Below the pieces are notes generated by a model that worked only from the letters and a program-made list of their open reading frames with translations, was not told the origin of the DNA and did no database searches. A program made the translations under genes and the position numbers. A stretch of 64,000 nucleotides of DNA from Bythopirellula sp. (GTDB lineage: Bacteria; Planctomycetota; Planctomycetia; Pirellulales; Lacipirellulaceae): the NCBI GenBank assembly GCA_965216565.1, contig OZ244170.1, positions 2,688,001 through 2,752,000 on the forward strand, written 5' to 3'. Each line of letters opens with the position of its first letter. Within the stretch, counting starts at the first letter, position 1. Positions 52,456 through 64,000 of this stretch are shown piece by piece.

Positions 52456-55359
52456 TCAATTTACTTCTGGCAATGGCTTCGGAAGTTGCTGGACATCGTT
52501 GTTCCCTTGGCTTGCCGAGGCGCTTGGCTCTGGAGCGAGCAATTCCTGGTAGGCCGCCAATTGAACATGATTGTCGTGTTGCGGGGATTGCGCCGCACTG
52601 TTGTCTTCTGGGTCAGCCTCTGGTTCTGCCTCTGGGGCAGGGATTGGCTCGGCGGCTCGCTCACCGTCGGGAAGCAAAATCACCTCCAGCGGTCGCGACG
52701 CCTCGAACTCTTCGGCCGCCAATCCCAAGTCGGTGGAGTTATAGGGCAGGTTTTCCAAATACATTTCGAGAGGTATCCCGTTTTCGATTCTCAGCCCGTT
52801 GGGTGCCAACTCCATAATACCCAGATCGGCTTCCAGGTTGAGCCGTTGTAGTTCGTAGTTGACCCACACGCTTAGGAAATCGTTCTGCACGTTCAATAGG
52901 TCGGAAAGCGATTGGACCAAATCGCGGGCGGTGGTGTTGTCGAACTGTTCTGTCTCTCCAGGTTGGGGCGGTTCGGAGAGACGAAGCTGAGTGAGGTCGA
53001 CCTGCGATATAGCAACCTGAACAGCAGCTCGTCGCAATTCGAAGTTGACCTCGTTGAGCCGAATTTGCCGCAAGGTGTTGCGCAGCCCCTGATAGAGTTG
53101 ATCGCGGAATTGATAGTAGTTTCGTCTTGCCTGCTGATACTCGATGAGCGATTGACGATAGACGTTTCGCTCGGCGAGGCGTGTTAGCGGGGCATCGAAC
53201 TCCACACCCGCCCGTAGTCGGCCCCGCGAACCGCGTAGATCGAACGGATTGTCGCCGACGTTCCCGATATCGCCACTGAAAACCAGATCCAAATCGCTCA
53301 TCAAATCGTTGGCATTGAAGTAAATCAACCGCCAGCTATCTACCAGGTTTGCCCTGGCATTCATCCAGTCGCGGCGATAAGAGGCGGCAATGGCCAGTGC
53401 CTGCTCGTCGGTGATTTCTACCGGCGTGAACTTCAACGTTTCCAGCCGCACACTGGCCTGCACCAAAGACAGTTCAAGCAGTTGGCCAGAGAGGTCGCTC
53501 AATGCATCGATCAAGGTATTGAGTTCCGAGAGCCGAGTCGGCATCGGCTGAGACAGTTCGGTTACTTCACGAACCGTTTCGTCTAACCGTTGTTCAATCT
53601 TCTCGTATTCGCTCAAGCGGTTGGCCACGCGTGCGTCAAGCTGCTTGGTATCGAACAAACTGACATCGACATCGGCATATTGAATTTCTTCTCGATCGAT
53701 CAATTGCTTGAGATACTCGCGACGCCCAGGCAATGCTTTATCGAGCTCTTCAAAATCTTGCTGGACACTATCTAGTCGGTCTTGGGTGAGCTCGATTACC
53801 TCGCCCAGATCGGCGCTGCCCGAGTTGAGTATCTCCTGAATATCGGCGTCAAACACACTTTGATCAATCAAGGGAGCGTTGGGCAATAGGATTTGGATGT
53901 CCTGCTCATCGGGTGTTTCCTCGACCAATTCCGCCCGTAGACTCCGCAAAGCATCGAGTCCCCCCGCCACGCGACGACGCAAATCCTCCAGAACCGGATC
54001 AAGTAGATCTAATCGTTCAAAAGTATCGTCCTCGATCTTCACATTTAGTTCCGGTGGCAGGCCGAGCGATGTTTTGAAGTTGTCCAGTGTGGACTGGTAG
54101 AAAGTCTCGGAGGTGAGCAATTGGCTTTGGGCGTTGTAGAGTGCCTGGCGGGCAAGTTCGACTTGAAAGCGATCGATTCTGCCCGCTTCATAGGAAGCCT
54201 GCAATTGCTCAACGCTGTCGCGAAGAGCGATGACATTGTTGCGTTGGTTGCCGATCACCTGTGCAGTTTGTAAGAGTCCCAAGTAGCCTCCAGCCCCTTG
54301 GGCACCCGCTCCACCGGTGAAGCCGCCACCACCTCCGCCACCGCCCTGCCCTCCAAAGAAGCCATTGCCCTGGAAGTTGTTATTGAGCTGGCCAAATCCG
54401 CCGCCGCCGACGCCGCTAAATCCTTCCAAACCACTGCCGCCAAAGACGCCGCCTCGGCGCGACGGGCCCCGTCCAGGATCGCGACCATTGAGCACGCTCA
54501 CATAAAACGTGCGTCGAAATCGTTCCATCTGACGGACGTTTGCCAGTAGCGAGCGCTCGGTGATAGTGAGCCGTTCCAAAACACGCGCCCGCCCGGCGGT
54601 GCGGAGCAGAGGTTGGACAATGGAAAAGTCGAGCACCGTATTGCTTGTATAATCGTCCGGCCCTGCGAATTGCCAGACGAGCGAATTCGCCAGCCCAACG
54701 ACTAGCTCGCCACCGGTAGCCGTCAGCCGAGTTGCCCGTAAGCGATTGCCTGTGAGAGCTGGTGACGCCACCCGCGAAGGCTCGACCGCCAGCTGGGTAC
54801 TCGACTCACCGGTACCCGTCCGCTCGTTGCCATCAGCTGTGATAAATACACTCGACCCGCCGAAAAACTGGGTATCGAATCGGAACCGCTCGAACGTCAC
54901 ATCTAAAGCCGAGAGGTAAAGCGATTCGAGCTGACTCTGATAGAACGGGGAATGCAGCAGTGCTAATTCAATGGCGCCCTGCTCGTCGAGCACGACTTCG
55001 CCCTCGTCGTTATATGGCAAGTGTTCTAGCCAACCAGGATTTTCCACAAACGGTGTTCGCGGCAGACATTTCCAACACTCCGAACCCTTCTTGCAATCGA
55101 CGCAATGCATGAGCCTGTGCGAAGCGGGGTCGTCCGGCGGCATGGGCTCGCAGTCGGGATCGTGGGGATCGAACATCCGCGAACGTGGATCGACGTTGAT
55201 TCCGTAGTTCCCAGGTTCGGCATCTACACAAGCTGCCTTCTGATTTATAGCGGTGTAAGCTTCGACGTCTGCTTGCTGACGGTAGAATCCTCGATTGCAA
55301 CCGGTGCTGGCTATCAAAATGGCCATGCCCCACAGCAGTGAAATTCTCTGTGCGTTCAT
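52456..55359 (-). CDS. Large TolC-like outer membrane efflux lipoprotein
   Basis: Lipobox STGC, LYLSALDV..ERFRF, QPLLR, PLTRLAERNVYR; lies in an efflux operon. Confidence 0.8.
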   Translation of the reverse strand: MNAQRISLLWGMAILIASTGCNRGFYRQQADVEAYTAINQKAACVDAEPGNYGINVDPRSRMFDPHDPDCEPMPPDDPASHRLMHCVDCKKGSECWKCLPRTPFVENPGWLEHLPYNDEGEVVLDEQGAIELALLHSPFYQSQLESLYLSALDVTFERFRFDTQFFGGSSVFITADGNERTGTGESSTQLAVEPSRVASPALTGNRLRATRLTATGGELVVGLANSLVWQFAGPDDYTSNTVLDFSIVQPLLRTAGRARVLERLTITERSLLANVRQMERFRRTFYVSVLNGRDPGRGPSRRGGVFGGSGLEGFSGVGGGGFGQLNNNFQGNGFFGGQGGGGGGGGFTGGAGAQGAGGYLGLLQTAQVIGNQRNNVIALRDSVEQLQASYEAGRIDRFQVELARQALYNAQSQLLTSETFYQSTLDNFKTSLGLPPELNVKIEDDTFERLDLLDPVLEDLRRRVAGGLDALRSLRAELVEETPDEQDIQILLPNAPLIDQSVFDADIQEILNSGSADLGEVIELTQDRLDSVQQDFEELDKALPGRREYLKQLIDREEIQYADVDVSLFDTKQLDARVANRLSEYEKIEQRLDETVREVTELSQPMPTRLSELNTLIDALSDLSGQLLELSLVQASVRLETLKFTPVEITDEQALAIAASYRRDWMNARANLVDSWRLIYFNANDLMSDLDLVFSGDIGNVGDNPFDLRGSRGRLRAGVEFDAPLTRLAERNVYRQSLIEYQQARRNYYQFRDQLYQGLRNTLRQIRLNEVNFELRRAAVQVAISQVDLTQLRLSEPPQPGETEQFDNTTARDLVQSLSDLLNVQNDFLSVWVNYELQRLNLEADLGIMELAPNGLRIENGIPLEMYLENLPYNSTDLGLAAEEFEASRPLEVILLPDGERAAEPIPAPEAEPEADPEDNSAAQSPQHDNHVQLAAYQELLAPEPSASASQGNNDVQQLPKPLPEVN

Positions 55360-55757
55360 GCCGCTTTCCTCCGACTTAAAGAAACTATCGGAATGGCACG
55401 AAGCTGCACGCTCTCGGCGGATTTGATAATCCTGCTGAGTAGCTCGCCGCCTGATGAAGTAATCGACCAGAGAGTGCGCCGTCGGTCGCCCGGGGCAGGC
55501 TGGCTGCAAAGAAGTCCACGAATCCTCAGTTGTTCCACCAGCGCACTAATCTGTGCGGGAGAACAGGCCATCAATTCGGCAAGCCGCGATTGATCGAATT
55601 GGCTGCCCTCGTCACGCAGCAGCCAAAGAACGCGGAACTCGGGTTCTTTCAAATCGAACTCAGAAATCCAGGCAGACAATTGCCGAGACGCATTGCGACC
55701 TAAGGCAATGCAAAGGCATAGCTGATCGAATTGCTCGATTGGAGAACTGGCATCCAT
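55356..55757 (-). CDS. MarR-family winged-helix regulator
   Basis: EFRVLW, QSRLAELM, LVEQLRIRGL, DRR; ATGA overlap with the TolC-like gene. Confidence 0.82.
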   Translation of the reverse strand: MDASSPIEQFDQLCLCIALGRNASRQLSAWISEFDLKEPEFRVLWLLRDEGSQFDQSRLAELMACSPAQISALVEQLRIRGLLCSQPAPGDRRRTLWSITSSGGELLSRIIKSAESVQLRAIPIVSLSRRKAA

Positions 55758-56008
55758 GCCGGAATCTCTCTGCCTAAATAAATACTGTTCAGCGAATTGA
55801 CAGACGCCAGCGGCAATCAAACCGAGCGCCTGTGAATTGTTTCGGTCGTGAACAGTTCAGACTTGAATCATCGGACGATGACCGCAGTGCTAGCATTGCC
55901 AATTTCTGCTGAAATTCGCCCGAAACATCTAGCTTAGAAGCCCGATCCTTGGCTTCCAAGACAGTCGCTTAGTTGCGGTGACACGCCCAGCGACTTCCGG
56001 TTCGAGAG

Positions 56009-59188
<3,180 letters not shown>

Positions 59189-59269
59189 TCAGACTCTCCG
59201 TGAATGCAATTTGAAGTAATCCTGATAGGAGATCACTAGCATACCAATAGACACTCAGAATTTCTACGA

Positions 59270-59288
59270 ATTGCTAACGCTCAGCAAT
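59270..59288. promoter_or_regulatory. LacI-family-like operator upstream of the GH2 gene
   Basis: ATTGCT-AACGCTC-AGCAAT dyad with a central CG. Confidence 0.5.
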
Positions 59289-59324
59289 CTTAGATGACAA
59301 TGATGTTGTCAAGCAGAGAGAGCC

Positions 59325-60098
59325 TCAACCCACCGGGGTTTGAAACTCCAGCTGAACCACTTCCAGCGATTCGTCGAACATCGAGCCGGCACGTTTGGCG
59401 ACAACTTGCACTTCGTCGGTGAGCCCGATCGTGTCGCCATCGTCAATCTGCTTTTTCTCTGAGATTTGATAGTGGGCCACGTTGTAAGCGAATTCCAAGA
59501 TTTGCTGCGGCTCTCCCGGGAAGTGAGGCACTTCGATTTCGGTATAACCGAGTGCTTCCATTCCCGTGGTATACATCCGCGTGCCGCCGGTTTCCGTTCG
59601 CTCCACACGGAAGTCGATCCACAGAAACAGTGGCAAATCGGCATCGGTGGATTGCACCGCCTGCTCGATAAATGCTTGCGACGGGTGTACCAATCGGCCT
59701 GGCCCCCAAAATACCCCTGCCGCTGCAGGACTTGCCGCTAGCCCGGCCACCAACTGCGTAAGTGCCAGACTTTTCTCTGCAGGCTTTCCGCCTTCGTCAA
59801 TCAACGTCACGACGAGATGAGCTTGATGATCGCGCAGCGCTTCTTCTGCATCGGGCCAGTACCAAGCGGTCGCGCAAGGACCTTCCAACTGGCTCCACGG
59901 CACAGGATTGGGAACCAACGTCGCCGCGGCCGTATATTCGCCGATGGTGCAGGTGAACATATTCTCTGTACTGCCGGCCTGCTCGATCGTGGGAGGCTCT
60001 TCGAAACGCTCGGCAATGGACTGCGCCATTTCATCGAACGAGGGCATCTTATTCTCTTTGAGCATCACCAATGCTAGCCAACGTAACGGATTGTCCAT
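59325..60098 (-). CDS. DUF4261 domain protein
   Basis: HQAHLVV, PLFLWIDF, YTTGMEALGYTEIE, DGDTIG. Confidence 0.82.
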   Translation of the reverse strand: MDNPLRWLALVMLKENKMPSFDEMAQSIAERFEEPPTIEQAGSTENMFTCTIGEYTAAATLVPNPVPWSQLEGPCATAWYWPDAEEALRDHQAHLVVTLIDEGGKPAEKSLALTQLVAGLAASPAAAGVFWGPGRLVHPSQAFIEQAVQSTDADLPLFLWIDFRVERTETGGTRMYTTGMEALGYTEIEVPHFPGEPQQILEFAYNVAHYQISEKKQIDDGDTIGLTDEVQVVAKRAGSMFDESLEVVQLEFQTPVG

Positions 60099-60166
60099 GA
60101 TGTTTGATTCCAGTCGATTCGAGAATTTCGGTACCTACAGCCTCAAGCCTAATGCCTTCGGGCTCC

Positions 60167-62464
60167 CTACCCTTTCAACGGCACGCCCACCGCCATTCGC
60201 TCCAGTGCCTCGATGTCTTTATCAATGAAGCGTTCCAACAGCAGCATGCAAACAAAACCGATTCCACCGCCGATGCTCACCACCAACAGCGGTCCGCGGA
60301 TTCCTCCTTCACCGTGACTAATCGTAACCAAGATCGTCCCAAACACGGGCACCAATGCCGCGATGGCCACGTGCACGCGATTCCAAAACCGCAGACGCTC
60401 GAGATCGCTCCAACGCGGCCCTAAGACCAGATTATTCCGCACCATTGCTGGGAAAAACCACCGCACGGCAAGTGTCACCAGGAAGAAGTAAGGGTACGCC
60501 ATCGCAGCAAAGCCGCACAAGGCAAGCGTGGAAAAGAAATGCGTGTACAGCGTCTTCACGCCTTCGTCTGCGGGGTTGAGCCCGAGGGCGATAGGATACG
60601 CAATTCCCGCTGCTGTCCACAAAGTTAATGTCAAGACAGAGACAAATAAGCCGAAGAACAAGACACGCGCACCCGCTTCGTCGGAGCGCTCCTTACCTTT
60701 TGTATTAACAAACTGAAATACCCCAGCCGCTACGTACAATCCATAGCCCATTCCAATGGCAAAGGCGACTACGTTGACCCAGAGCAATACCTGATCGAAC
60801 TTAGCGATGAACTCCGGCATCTGCTCTTTTACCCAGAGCCGGTAGTAATAAAACTTGAACGCCAAAATAATCACATTGGGAACCACGCTAACAGCGAGCG
60901 CTGCCACTAAGGGCATGCGGAGCAGTGCTTTGCCGAGGCTGCTTTCCACTGGCTGCATCATGCTCCACGCACGCGGATGCATGCAGAGTCGCAGGTCGCG
61001 GGCCACTTCTTCTGCTGTGCTGTACCGTTCATCCTGCCGCGATTGCAATAGACGCAGCAATACTTGCTTGAGTGCCTCGGGGCAATCTCGAGGTAGCTGC
61101 TCGGCGAGTTCTCCAAAGTCGGCATATTGTCGGCGGTCGATCATCCGCTGGATTCGGGCCAAAGTCTTCTCTTCGTCGTCCTCATCGTCAAATGGCCGAC
61201 GCCCACACAGCATTTCCCACAGCAAAACACCTAACGAGTACAAATCACTGGGGGCACGTACCCTTTGCGGCGAGCCACCCAGCACTGGATGGCAAGCTTG
61301 TAGTTGCTCTGGAGACATATAGACCAATGATCCACCAAAGGTGTCGGCGGGATCTTCATCCATGCGTCCGCCGTTGTAGCTCACATTAAAATCAGCCAGC
61401 TTCGGCGTTCCCGATGAAGTGAGCAACACGTTGGCCGGTTTGATGTCGCGATGCAACACGCCCTTCTTGTGCGCGTAGGTCAGCCCCTCGGCAAGCTGCG
61501 CGCCGATTTGGCACACGGCCATCGGCCAGGTCGCCGCTTCGAGCCAACTGCGAGCGGGCGATCCTTCCGGCTTCGATGTGCCATGTGCGGCCAGCTTTTC
61601 GTCGACCGTAGCCAAAAGCAATTGGCCCGTCCTCGCGCCAGGCGAAGTGCGACGGATCAACTGCACTACCGAATGCAACGTGCCGCCGGGGACCACCTCC
61701 ATATACAGCAACCGTACTGCAGGGTCGCCGGCTTCACGTTGGTCGTAGACCCGCACCAGGTTGGAATGATCGAGCTGCGCGAGCGTCTGCGGTTCGCTTC
61801 CCTGCTGAGCGGAAATTTTCAATGCGACAAGACGTTCCATGGAAACTTGTCGAGCGAGAAACACCTGCGCAAATGCCCCTTCGCCGAGCATGGTGAGCAA
61901 CTGGAAGTCGTCGACCTGTTGTCCCGGGTTGTAGCGGACCGTATCGTTTCCCACGGGCACCACGTCGGTCTGCTGCTTGGTTCCCTTTTTCGTTTCCGAG
62001 TAAAAAGTCTGAGTCGGGGTACACGGCACTGCCATTCCACCGACCAGATCGCACAGCGCGGGCGCCTCGTGGGGAAACCGCTCGTGGATTTCGTTTTCCG
62101 AAACGCTATCGCCCGATTGCATGCGGACCTGCAATTCTTCGTGAATCAATTCGACAGGCAATCTGCCTTCCCCGTCTCTTAACGGGAACTCATCGGCATA
62201 CGCTTCGAGCTTTTTCGGATTACGCTTGTTCTGCCAACGGTATTCAAGATCGGTCTTCACAAGCTCGGGAAGTGCCAGGCTGAACAACTTGCTGCCTGCC
62301 TCGGGCAACGCGGCCTGAAGACTTGGCTCGTCTTTCTCACCAGACAAATATTCTTCCCAATGCCCGCTAAAACTATCGATTGTTTCGGCAACCTGCTCCC
62401 ACAGCGCGTCGTCGCCTTGGGCACTGTGGCAAGGTTGGCTAGAATGTGAGTCGACGTCGGCCAT
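60167..62464 (-). CDS. Hanks-type Ser/Thr protein kinase with C-terminal multi-TM domain
   Basis: LGEGAFAQV, VALK, HRDIKPANVL, DFN in place of DFG, YMSPEQ, SDLYSLG; about 6 TM helices. Confidence 0.93.
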   Translation of the reverse strand: MADVDSHSSQPCHSAQGDDALWEQVAETIDSFSGHWEEYLSGEKDEPSLQAALPEAGSKLFSLALPELVKTDLEYRWQNKRNPKKLEAYADEFPLRDGEGRLPVELIHEELQVRMQSGDSVSENEIHERFPHEAPALCDLVGGMAVPCTPTQTFYSETKKGTKQQTDVVPVGNDTVRYNPGQQVDDFQLLTMLGEGAFAQVFLARQVSMERLVALKISAQQGSEPQTLAQLDHSNLVRVYDQREAGDPAVRLLYMEVVPGGTLHSVVQLIRRTSPGARTGQLLLATVDEKLAAHGTSKPEGSPARSWLEAATWPMAVCQIGAQLAEGLTYAHKKGVLHRDIKPANVLLTSSGTPKLADFNVSYNGGRMDEDPADTFGGSLVYMSPEQLQACHPVLGGSPQRVRAPSDLYSLGVLLWEMLCGRRPFDDEDDEEKTLARIQRMIDRRQYADFGELAEQLPRDCPEALKQVLLRLLQSRQDERYSTAEEVARDLRLCMHPRAWSMMQPVESSLGKALLRMPLVAALAVSVVPNVIILAFKFYYYRLWVKEQMPEFIAKFDQVLLWVNVVAFAIGMGYGLYVAAGVFQFVNTKGKERSDEAGARVLFFGLFVSVLTLTLWTAAGIAYPIALGLNPADEGVKTLYTHFFSTLALCGFAAMAYPYFFLVTLAVRWFFPAMVRNNLVLGPRWSDLERLRFWNRVHVAIAALVPVFGTILVTISHGEGGIRGPLLVVSIGGGIGFVCMLLLERFIDKDIEALERMAVGVPLKG

Positions 62465-62490
62465 CAAAAATCCTCTCGGTGCTCCAATCC

Positions 62491-63084
62491 ATGTCCGATC
62501 ATGATACGACTATTCTCGCCGGGATTCGAGCGGGCGACCAGGACGCTTTGGTCAAGTTTCTGGAAACCAATCGCGAATCGCTGCTAGCCTTCATCCGCAG
62601 TCGCATCGGCACCAAGCTGCAAAAGAAGGTCGAGCCAGAAGACGTTCTACAAGAGGCCAGCATCGAGGCCCTGCGGTCTTTCGAGCAAACCGACCTCACC
62701 AATTGGGACCCCCTGAATTGGTTGTTTCAGATTTGCGAACGAAAGATCATCGATGCGCATCGCCGTTATTTCGCCAGCAAAAAAAGAGATGCTAGTCGCG
62801 AAGCGGCACTCCCCGCCGGGAGCGACCAGGCAGGAATCGCCGATCTCTTAGCCGCCAGCATGACAACACCCAGCGCCGCCTTCAGCCGCGACCAACGACA
62901 GCTGCGCATGCTCGCCGCCCTCGACACGCTGCCAGAAACCGAACGCGAAGCCCTCCGCCTGCGGTACCTCGTGGGATTGCCTTCCAAAGAAATCGCCCAA
63001 AAGTTCGGCAAATCAGACGGCGCCACACGGGTGATGATCTCGCGCGCATTGAGCAAATTACAGGAGATGCTGAGTGAAGAGTGA
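62491..63084 (+). CDS. ECF sigma-70 factor (planctomycete kinase-associated type)
   Basis: KVEPEDVLQE, KRDASRE, MTTPS, LRLRYLVGLPSKEIA. Confidence 0.9.
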   Translation: MSDHDTTILAGIRAGDQDALVKFLETNRESLLAFIRSRIGTKLQKKVEPEDVLQEASIEALRSFEQTDLTNWDPLNWLFQICERKIIDAHRRYFASKKRDASREAALPAGSDQAGIADLLAASMTTPSAAFSRDQRQLRMLAALDTLPETEREALRLRYLVGLPSKEIAQKFGKSDGATRVMISRALSKLQEMLSEE

Positions 63085-63175
63085 GACCGAGGGGCGAACA
63101 AAACGCCATCGTTTAAACTTGTGAGAATTCAGCATTTGATCAACAGCACTTCGTACAATACCCCAACCTATCCCA

Positions 63176-63841
63176 AGCCCCAAAGGGGCGTCAGTTAATA
63201 GCCAGGGGCGCAAGCCCCTGGAACATTGTGCCAGCAATGAAACAAGCCCCAACGGGGCGAAAGCATCCTAGAAATCTTGTCCCTCCTCGGAATCAATCGT
63301 GCCACAATCCTTCGGCTCACTTCACTGTCACATTGTTTTCAGCACATAGAGTCGCAAGCCCCTAATCAGCCCGTCATGGCAATCTCGACTTCACGAAGAC
63401 ATCGGAGGCATCCTAAGAGAGAACTCCCACAAACTACTTGCCGCGGGAGGGATGCCCGACCACATTCACCTCTTAACCTCGATGAGTCGCCTGCGATCAG
63501 TGTCTGATTTGGTGCGGGTTGTGAAAACCAATTCTTCTTCCTGGATTCACAAAACCCTCAACGTTCCAGAATTTCAGTGGCAAAACGGATATGGTGCATT
63601 CGCTGTTAGTCTTTCAAATCTCGAACAAGTAAAAAGATATCTGGCCAATCAGGACGAGCACCACCGGACCCGTTCCTTTCAAGAGGAGTTCTTGGGGTTG
63701 TTACAAAAACACGATCTCCAGTGGGACGATCGATACGTGTGGGATTGATCGGGTCTGTCGCCCTTTCAGGGCTTCTTTTTTTTAGCTTTTCGGGCCAGGG
63801 GCTTGCGCCCCTGGCTATTGACCCGTAGCCCCGTTGGGGCG
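63176..63841 (+). mobile_element. IS200/IS605-family (TnpA-only) element bounded by mirrored triple-hairpin ends
   Basis: Left end GCCCCAAAGGGGC..TAGCCAGGGGCGCAAGCCCCTGG..GCCCCAACGGGGC; right end GCCCTTTCAGGGC..CCAGGGGCTTGCGCCCCTGGCTA..GCCCCGTTGGGGC. Confidence 0.85.
63299..63748 (+). pseudogene. tnpA: IS200-like transposase TnpA with in-frame amber stop
   Basis: GTG start gives MPQSFGSLHCHIVFST*SRKPLI...GGMPDHIHLL...WQNGYGAFAVS...YLANQ; TAG at 63347-63349. Confidence 0.88.
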
Positions 63842-63870
63842 ATCAGGCTTCAAGACTATGTAACTGGCAT

Positions 63871-63950
63871 TAGTCATACCTAATTGTGCGTAGTCATACC
63901 TAAGTGTGCTTATGTCATACATAGGGGTGCATAGTTTTCCCTAGTTAGCA
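63871..63950. repeat. Degenerate tandem repeat, about 20-bp unit
   Basis: TAGTCATACCTAATTGTGCG / TAGTCATACCTAAGTGTGCT / TATGTCATACATAGGGGTGCA / TAGTTTTCCCTAG. Confidence 0.7.
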
Positions 63951-64000
63951 CAATTCATGGGTTGATCAGATTCACCGCGCCCCGCTCAAGAGCGGAGCTA

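Noticed and set aside
63347..63349. Programmed amber readthrough or pyrrolysine in tnpA
   Set aside because: No pyl genes are seen, many genes here end in TAG, and a single AAG-to-TAG mutation is simpler
63871..63950. Possible CRISPR array
   Set aside because: Units are contiguous with no unique spacers, only about 20 bp long, and no cas genes are in the window

Overview
Bacterial chromosomal DNA that looks like a planctomycete, probably Pirellulales/Lacipirellulaceae. This rests on a planctomycete-type cytochrome c, three PEP-CTERM proteins (one with a dockerin-like repeat), an ECF sigma factor paired with a Ser/Thr kinase, a Fae homolog and a 23S-5S rRNA unit with no linked 16S. The window holds about 52 intact CDS, including pgi, an archaeal-type phosphoglycerate mutase, Fpg/Nei, an M2-like peptidase, a MacAB-TolC-like efflux operon with MarR, a GH2 beta-galactosidase and a diguanylate cyclase. 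It also has tRNA-Ala(UGC), tRNA-Glu(CUC) followed by a decayed integrative element, two Y1/HUH transposase genes (one intact RAYT-like, one IS200-like with an internal amber stop) and many REP-like palindrome families. The most notable signal is at 21.6-27.2 kb. An ECF sigma/soluble Cys-rich anti-sigma pair sits next to three copies of a readable promoter motif, GTAAG(G/T)-N16-CG(A/T)C, placed upstream of the sigma itself, a YHS/DUF488 unit and an AhpD-like gene. These are followed by a Fae paralog lacking the canonical catalytic His, behind a structured SD-sequestering leader, and a PEPCK-like DUF4914 enzyme. All family calls come from motif recognition by eye; no database searches were run.
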